Below the pieces are notes generated by a model. It saw nothing but the letters and a program-made list of their open reading frames with translations. It was not told where the DNA came from and ran no database searches. A program made the translations under genes and the position numbers. This document shows, one piece after another, positions 55,301 through 64,000 of a stretch of DNA of 64,000 bases. Source of the DNA: Eledone cirrhosa (Eukaryota); contig OZ024740.1 of NCBI GenBank assembly GCA_964016885.1, positions 357,306,001-357,370,000 of the forward strand. The letters run 5' to 3'. Numbering within the stretch: position 1 is the stretch's first letter; each line of letters begins with the position of its first letter.

Positions 55301-58300
55301 CTGTTGTAACTACTGTTGTTGTAACTACTGTTGTTGTAACTACTGTTGTTGTAACTACTGTTGTTGTAACTACCGTTGTTGTGACTACTGTTGTTGTAAC
55401 TACTGTTGTTGTAACTACTGTTGTTGTAACTACTGTTGTAACTACTGTTGTTGTAACTACTGTTGTTGTAACTACTGTTGTTGTAACTACTGTTGTTGTG
55501 ACTACTGTTGTTGTAACTACTGTTGTTGTAACTACTGTTGTTGTAACTACTGTTGTTGTGACTACTGTTGTTGTAACTACTGTTGTTGTGACTACTGTTG
55601 TTGTAACTACTGTTGTTGTAACTACTGTTGTTGTAACTACTGTTGTTGTGACTACTGTTGTTGTAACTACTGTTGTTGTAACTACTGTTGTTGTAACTAC
55701 TGTTGTTGTAACTACTGTTGTTGTAACTACTGTTGTTGTAACTACTGTTGTTGTAACTACTGTTGTTGTAACTACTGTTGTTGTAACTACTGTTGTTGTA
55801 AATACTGTTGTTGTAACTACTGTTGTTGTAACTACTGTTGTTGTAACTACTGATGTTGTAACTACTGTTGTTGTAACTACTGTTGTTGTGACTACTGTTG
55901 TTGTAACTACTGTTGTTGTGACTACTGTTGTTGTAACTACTGTTGTTGTAACTACTGTTGTAACTACTGTTGTTGTAACTACTGTTGTTGTAACTACTGT
56001 TGTTGTAACTACTGTTGTTGTAACTACTGTTGTTGTAACTACTGTTGTTGTAAATACTGTTGTTGTAACTACTGTTGTTGTAACTACTGTTGTTGTAACT
56101 ACTGATGTTGTAACTACTGTTGTAACTACTGTTGTTGTAACTACTGTTGTTGTAACTACTGTTGTTGTAACTACTGATGTTGTAACTACTGATGTTGTAA
56201 CTACTGTTGTTGTAACTACTGTTGTTGTAACTACTGTTGTTGTAACTACTGTTGTAACTACTGTTGTTGTAACTACTGTTGTTGTAACTACTGTTGTTGT
56301 AACTACTGTTGTTGTAACTACTGTTGTTGTAACTACTGTTGTTGTAAATACTGTTGTTGTAACTACTGTTGTTGTAACTACTGTTGTTGTAACTACTGAT
56401 GTTGTAACTACTGTTGTAACTACTGTTGTTGTAACTACTGTTGTTGTAACTACTGTTGTTGTAACTACTGATGTTGTAACTACTGATGTTGTAACTACTG
56501 TTGTTGTAACTACTGTTGTTGTAACTACTGTTGTTGTAACTACTGTTGTAACTACTGTTGTTGTAACTACTGTTGTTGTGACTACTGTTGTAACTACTGT
56601 TGTTGTAACTACTGTTGTTGTAACTACTGTTGTAACTACTGTTGTTGTAACTACTGTTGTTGTAACTACTGTTGTTGTAACTACTGTTGTTGTGACTACT
56701 GTTGTTGTAACTACTGTTGTTGTAACTACTGTTGTTGTAACTACTGTTGTTGTGACTACTGTTGTTGTAACTACTGTTGTTGTAAGTACTGTTGTAACTA
56801 CTGTTGTTGTAACTACTGTTGTTGTAACTACTGTTGTTGTGACTACTGTTGTTGTAGCTACTGTTGTTGTAACTACTGTTGTAACTACTGTTGTTGTAAC
56901 TACTGTTGTTGTAACTACTGTTGTTGTGACTACTGTTGTTGTAACTACTGTTGTTGTAACTATTGTTGTTGTAACTACTGTTGTTGTGACTACTGTTGTT
57001 GTGACTACTGTTGTTGTAACTACTGTTGTTGTGACTACTGTTGTTGTAACTACTGTTGTTGTAACTACTGTTGTTGTAACTACTGTTGTTGTAACTACTG
57101 TTGTTGTAACTACTGTTGTTGTGACTACTGTTGTTGTGACTACTGTTGTGACTACTGTTGTTGTAACTACTGTTGTTGTAACTACTGTTGTTGTGACTAC
57201 TGTTGTTGTAACTACTGTTGTTGTGACTACTGTTGTTGTAACTACTGTTGTTGTAACTACTGTTGTTGTAACTACTGTTGTTGTGACTACTGTTGTTCTA
57301 ACTACTGTTCTGTGACTACTGTTGTTGTAACTACTGTTGTTGTAACTAATGTTGTTGTAACTACTGTTGTTGTAACTACTGTTGTTGTGACTAATGTTGT
57401 TGTAACTACTGTTGTTGTAACTACTGTTGTTGTAACTACTGTTGTTGTAACTATTGTTGTTGTAACTACTGTTGTTGTAACTACTGTTGTTGTAACTACT
57501 GTTGTTGTAACTACTGTTGTTGTAACTACTGATGTTGTAACTACTGATGTTGTAACTACTGTTGTTGTAACTACTGTTGTTGTAACTACTGATGTTGTAA
57601 CTACTGTTGTTGTAACTACTGTTGTTGTAACTACTGTTGTTGTAACTACTGTTGTTGTAACTACTGATGTTGTAACTACTGTTGTAACTACTGTTGTTGT
57701 AACTACTGTTGTTGTAACTACTGTTGTTGTAACTACTGTTGTTGTAACTACCGTTGTTCTGACTACTGTTGTTGTAACTACTGTTGTTGTAACTACTGTT
57801 GTTGTAACTACTGTTGTAACTACTGTTGTTGTAACTACTGTTGTTGTAACTACTGTTGTTGTAACTACTGTTGTTGTGACTACTGTTGTTGTAACTACTG
57901 TTGTTGTAACTACTGTTGTTGTAACTACTGTTGTTGTGACTACTGTTGTTGTAACTACTGTTGTTGTAACTATCGTTGTTGTAACTACTGTTGTTGTGAC
58001 TACTGTTGTTGTGACTACTGTTGTTGTGACTACTGTTGTTGTAACTACTGTTCTTGTGACTACTGTTGTTGTAACTACTGTTCTGTGACTACTGTTGTTG
58101 TAACTACTGTTGTTGTAACTACTGTTGTAACTACTGTTGTTGTAACTACTGTTGTTGTAACTACTGTTGTTGTGACTACTGTTGTTGTAACTACTGTTGT
58201 TGTGACTAATGTTGTTGTAACTACTGTTGTTGTAACTACTGTTGTTGTAACTACTGTTGTTGTAACTATTGTTGTTGTAACTACTGTTGTTGTGACTACT

Positions 58301-61300
58301 GTTATTGTAACTACTGTTGTTGTGACTACTGTTGTTGTGACTACTGTTGTTGTGATTACTGTTGTTGTAACTACTGTTGTTGTAACTACTGTTCTGTGAC
58401 TACTGTTGTTGTAACTACTGTTGTTGTAACTACTGTTGTTGTAACTACTGTTGTAACTACTGTTGTTGTAACTACTGTTGTTGTAACTACTGTTGTTGTA
58501 ACTACTGTTGTTGTAACTACTGTTGTTGTAACTACTGTTGTTGTGACTACTGTTGTTGTGACTACTGTTGCTATAACTACTGTTGTTGTGACTACTGTTG
58601 TTATAACTACTGTTGTTGTGACTACTGTTGTTGTGACTACTGTTGCTATAACTACTGTTGTTGTGACTACTGTTGTTATAACTACTGTTGTTGTAACTAC
58701 TGTTGTTGTGACTACTGTTGTTATAACTACTGTTGTTGTGACTACTGTTGCTGTGACTACTGTTGTTGTGACTACTGTTGTTGTAACTACTGTTGTTGTG
58801 ACTACTGTTGTAACTACTGTTGTTGTGACTACTGTTGTTGTAACTACTGTTGTTGTAACTACTGTTGTTGTAACTACTGTTGTTGTAACTACTGTTGTTG
58901 TGACTACTGTTGTTGTAACTACTGTTGTTGTGACTACTGTTGCTGTGACTACTGTTGTTGTGACTACTGTTGTTGTAACTACTGTTGTTGTGACTACTGT
59001 TGTAACTACTGTTGTTGTGACTACTGTTGTTGTAACTACTGTTGTTGTAACTACTGTTGTTGTAACTACTGTTGTTGTAACTACTGTTGTTGTGACTACT
59101 GTTGTTGTAACTACTGTTGTTGTAACTACTGTTGTTGTAACTACTGTTGTTGTAACTACTGTTGTTGTAACTACTGTTGTTGTGACTACTGTTGTTGTAA
59201 CTACTGTTGTTGTAACTACTGTTGTTGTAACTACTGTTGTTGTAACTACTGTTGTTGTAACTACTGTTGTAACTACTGTTGTTGTAACTACTGTTGTTGT
59301 AACTACTGTTGTTGTAACTACTGTTGTAACTACTGTTGTTGTAACTACTGTTGTTGTAACTACTGTTGTAACTACTGTTGTTGTGACTACTGTTGTTGTG
59401 ACTACTGTTGTAACTACTGTTGTTGTAACTACTGTTGTTGTGACTACTGTTGTAACTACTGTTGTGACTACTGTTGTTGTAACTACTGTTGTTGTAACTA
59501 CTGTTGTTGTAACTACTGTTGTTGTAACTACTGTTGTTGTAACTACTGTTGTTGTAACTACTGTTGTTGTAACTACTGTTGTTGTAACTACTGTTGTTGT
59601 AACTACTGTTGTTGTAACTACTGTTGTTGTAACTACTGTTTTTGTAACTACTGTTGTTGTAACTACTGTTGTAACTACTGTTGTTGTAACTACTGTTGTT
59701 GTAACTACTGTTGTTGTAACTACTGTTGTAACTACTGTTGTTGTAACTACTGTTGTTGTGACTACTGTTGTAACTACTGTTGTTGTGTCTACTGTTGTTG
59801 TGACTACTGTTGTAACTACTGTTGTTGTAACTACTGTTGTTGTAACTACTGTTGTTGTGACTACTGTTGTTGTAACTACTGTTGTTGTAACTACTGTTGT
59901 TGTAACTACTGTTGTAACTACTGTTGTTGTAACTACTGTTGTAACTACTGTTGTTGTAACTACTGTTGTTGTAACTACTTTTGTTGTAACTACTGTTGTT
60001 GTGACTACTGTTGTTGTGACTACTGTTGTTGTAACTACTGTTGTTGTAACTACTGTTGTTGTGACTACTGTTGTTGTGACTACTGTTGTTATAACTACTG
60101 TTGTTGTGACTACTGTTGTTGTGACTACTGTTGTTGTTACTACTGTTGTTGTGACTACTGTTGTAGCTACTGTTGTTGTAACTACTGTTGTTGTAACTAC
60201 TGTTGTTGTAACTACTGTTGTTGTGACTACTGCTGTTGTGACTACTGTTGTTCTGACGACTGTTGTTATAACTACTGTTGTTGTGACTACTGTTGTTGTA
60301 ACTACTGTTTGTGTAACTACTGTTGTTGTAACTACTGTTGTAACTACTGTTGTTGTAACTACTGTTGTTGTGACTACTGTTGTTGTAACTACTGTTGTTG
60401 TAACTACTGTTGTTGTAACTACTGTTGTTGTAACTACTCTTGTTGTGACTACTGTTGTTGTAACTACTGTTGTTGTAACTACTGTTGTTGTAACTACTGT
60501 TATTGTAACTACAGATGTTGTAACTACTGTTGTTGTAACTACTGTTGTAACTACTGTTGTTGTAACTACTGTTTTTGTGACTAATGTTGTAGTAACTACT
60601 TTTTATTGTGACTACTGTTGTTGTAACTACTGTTGTTGTAACTACTGTTGTTGTAACTACTGTTGTAACTACTGTTGTTGTAACTACTGTTGTTGTGACT
60701 ACTGTTGTTGTAACTACTGTTGTTGTAACTACTGTTGTTGTAACTACTGTTGTAACTACTGTTGTTGTAACTACTGTTGTTGTGACTACAGTTGTTGTAA
60801 CTACTGTTGTTGTAACTACTGTTGTTGTAACTACTGTTGTTGTGACTACTGTTGTTGTAACTACTGTTGTTGTAACTACTGTTGTTGTAACTATTGTTGT
60901 TGTAACTACTGTTGTTGTAACTACTGTTGTTGTGACTACTGTTGTTGTAACTACTGTTGTTGTAACTACTGTTGTTGTAACTACTGTTGTTGTGACTACT
61001 GTTGTTGTAACTACTGTTGTTGTAACTACTGTTGTCGTAACTACTGTTGTTGTAACTACTGTTGTTGTAACTACTGTTGTTGTAACTACTGTTGTTGTAA
61101 CTACTGTTGTTGTAACTACTCTTGTTGTAACTACTGTTCTTGTAACTACTGTGGTTGTAACTACTGTTGTAACTACTGTTGTTGTAACTACTGTTGTTGT
61201 AACTACTGTTCTTGTAACTACTGTGGTTGTAACTACTGTTGTTGTGACTACTGTTGTTGTAACTACTGTTGTTGTAACTACTGTTGTTGTAACTACTGTT

Positions 61301-62875
61301 GTTGTAACTATTGTTGTTGTAACTACTGTTGTTGTAACTACTGTTGTTGTAACTACTGTTGTTGTGACTACTGTTGTTGTAACTACTGTTGTTGTGACTA
61401 CTGTTGTTGTAACTACTGTTGTTGTAACTACTGTTGTTGTAACTACTGTTGTTGTAACTACTGTTGTTGTTACTACTGTTGTTGTAACTACTGTTGTTGT
61501 AACTACTGTTGTTGTAACTACTGTTGTTGTAACTACTGTTGTTGTAACTACTGTTGTAACTACTGTTGTTGTAACTACTGTTGTTGTAACTACTGTTGTT
61601 GTAACTACTGTTGTTGTAACTACTGTTGTTGTAACTACTGTTGTTGTAACTATTGTTGTTGTAACTACTGTTGTTGTAACTACTGTTGTTGTAACTACTG
61701 TTGTTGTAACTACTGTTGTTGTAACTACTGTTGTTGTGACTACTGTTGTTGTAACTACTGTTGTTGTAACTACTGTTGTTGTAACTACTGTTGTAACTAC
61801 TGTTGTTGTAACTATTGTTGTTGTAACTACTGTTGTAACTACTGTTGTTGTAACTACTCTTGTTGTAACTACTGTTGTTGTAACTACTGTTGTTGTGACT
61901 ACTGTTGTTGTAACTACTGTTGTTGTAACTACTGTTGTTGTAACTACTGTTGTTGTAACTACTGTTGTTGTAACTACTGTTGTTGTGACTACTGTTGTTG
62001 TAACTACTGTTGTTGTAACTACTGTTGTTGTAACTACTGTTGTTGTAACTACTGTTGTTGTGACTACTGTTGTTGTAACTACTGTTGTTGTAACTACTGT
62101 TGTTGTAACTACTGTTGTAACTACTATTGTTGTAACTACTGTTGTTGTAACTACTGTTGTTGTAACTACTGTTGTTGTGACTACTGTTGTTGTAACTACT
62201 GTTGTTGTAACTACTGTTGTAACTACTATTGTTGTAACTACTTTTGTTGTAACTACTATTGTTGTAACTACTGTTGTTGTAACTACTGTTGTTGTAACTA
62301 CTGTTGTTGTGACTACTGTTGTTGTAACTACTGTTGTTGTAACTACTGTTGTAACTACTATTGTTGTAACTACTGTTGTTGTAACTACTGTTGTTGTAAC
62401 TACTGTTGTTGTAACTACTGTTGTTGTAACTACTGTTGTTGTAACTACTGTTGTTGCAACTACTGTTGTTGTGACTACTGTTGTTGTAACTACTGTTGTT
62501 GTAACTACTGTTGTTGTAACTACTGTTGTTGTAACTACTGTTGTTGTAACTACTGTTGTTGTGACTACTGTTGTTGTAACTACTGTTGTTGTAACTACTG
62601 TTGTTGTACCTTCTGTTGTTGTAACTACTGTTGTTGTAACTACTGTTGTTGTGACTACTGTTGTTCTAACTACTGTTATTGTGACTACTGTTGTTGTAAC
62701 TACTGTTGTTGTAACTACTGTTGTTGTAACTACTGTTGTTTTAACTACTGTTGTTGTAACTACTGTTGTTGTAACTACTGTTGTTGTAACTACTGTTGTT
62801 GTAACTACTGTTGTTGTAACTACTGTTGTTGTAACTACTGTTGTAACTACTGTTGTTGTGACTACTGTTGTTGTT
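43960..62875. repeat. ~19-kb tandem minisatellite, unit GT(A/G)ACTACTGTTGTT (15 bp, with 12-bp variants)
   Basis: Directly visible. Rare variant units reveal higher-order duplications. The array decays into GTT/ATT-rich low complexity to ~63260. Confidence 0.97.
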
Positions 62876-64000
62876 TTTGTCGTGATTACTGTTGTTGTTT
62901 TTGTAGTCGTCGTTAGTAATGTTGTTTTTGTTGTAGATATTACTGTTGTTTTAGTTGTTGTAATTAAAGTTGTTGTAACTACTGTTGTTTTTGTTGAAAC
63001 AGCTGTTGTTGTTTTTGTTGTTGTTATTACTGTTGTTGTAATTACTATTGTTGTTGTAATTAGTGTTGTTGCTATAGTTGTTTGTTCATATTACTATTTT
63101 CGCTGTCTCTTCGCTTTTCTTAATGCTGTTATCCTCTAATCTGTATTACTGTAATTATTATTGCTATCTTATTTATCTTATTGTTATTACTGTTGCCGTC
63201 GTTGTCGTCATCATTGTGTTTATTGTTGCTGTTATTATTGTTATTGTCGTTGATGTTGTTATATTTCTTTTTTTTTTTCGAAAGCACTCTCCACACCTCC
63301 ACACCTCCACACCTCCACGCTTACATAGATAGTATTAAAGAAAATGAATAAAACAAACATATGATGGAGGGGCAAATGTGAAGAAAAACATTAGGATTCC
63401 CTGAGCATTTTTATCATCACCACCGCCATAGTCGTGGTCATTTTACTGCGTGGTTTTGTTATTATTATTGTTGTTATTATTAGTTTATAAAAATCCAGAT
63501 AGAATTCTATTGACATCCTGACATATGCCAAAAATCTTCTGTCTATCCTTGGCACCCTCTCGACACTTGCTTTGACAACTTATTGTGTGTGATCGACATT
63601 CTAAGCATGCTGCTATGTAGTCATTCTTAGACCATCTGTTTGATGTTACAAATTTTAGGACAGCATGCATATATTGTGCACCACAAATATATACTTTGCC
63701 CGAATTGTTATGAAGTTCGCTTAGCGGTGATGAGGTCTCTGGTTCGATTCACTGCATGTCCTTTACTCTAGATTCTGGTCTACCCAAGCTAAGTGAGGGA
63801 CAGGCGTAAAACGTATAATTCAAAGCGCAACCCTGTATCTCGCTGTCTCATGCTGACTCTGCCCATTTCCTTGAGAATTAATACTAAGTTAATGAGCAAA
63901 CAGTCCAATTGATCGAATGACTGAATGCTCATCGTCGAAGTCAATGAAGATTCATTTACTGAAATACAATGCAGCGAATATCTAAAGTACTATCAGTCCA

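Noticed and set aside
43960-62875. CRISPR-like array or telomeric repeat
   Set aside because: No unique spacers and a eukaryotic context. The unit is not TTAGGG-like, and ordinary sequence resumes after it.
44035-63139. Very long Thr/Val- and Cys-rich ORFs (up to 2578 aa)
   Set aside because: By-products of a stop-free 15-bp satellite: non-ATG starts, repeated frameshifts and no unique domains.

Overview
Repeat-saturated, AT-rich animal genomic DNA with no recognisable host gene. The SINE families and the density of (TA)n/(CA)n/(GATA)n/(CATA)n tracts suggest an octopus or other coleoid cephalopod (inference). The first 44 kb is a mosaic of microsatellites and transposon remnants, and several families sort by microsatellite type. 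Five Tx1-clade (APE+RT) non-LTR copies lie only in (GATA)n arrays, all in one orientation, and one has a clean 19-bp TSD. A single (CATA)n array holds two non-autonomous bipartite RTE copies and an R4/Dong-like RLE 3' fragment in the opposite orientation. TA-rich sites hold CRE fragments, a Merlin element, Helitrons and many fold-back elements with minimal hammerhead-ribozyme motifs of the Penelope-like-element (PLE) type. One hammerhead is split by a 2.55-kb Helitron that itself contains two further insertions. The last ~19 kb is a 15-bp minisatellite (GTAACTACTGTTGTT)n with kb-scale higher-order duplications; its long Thr/Val ORFs are judged non-coding. All calls come from reading the sequence by eye, without database searches.
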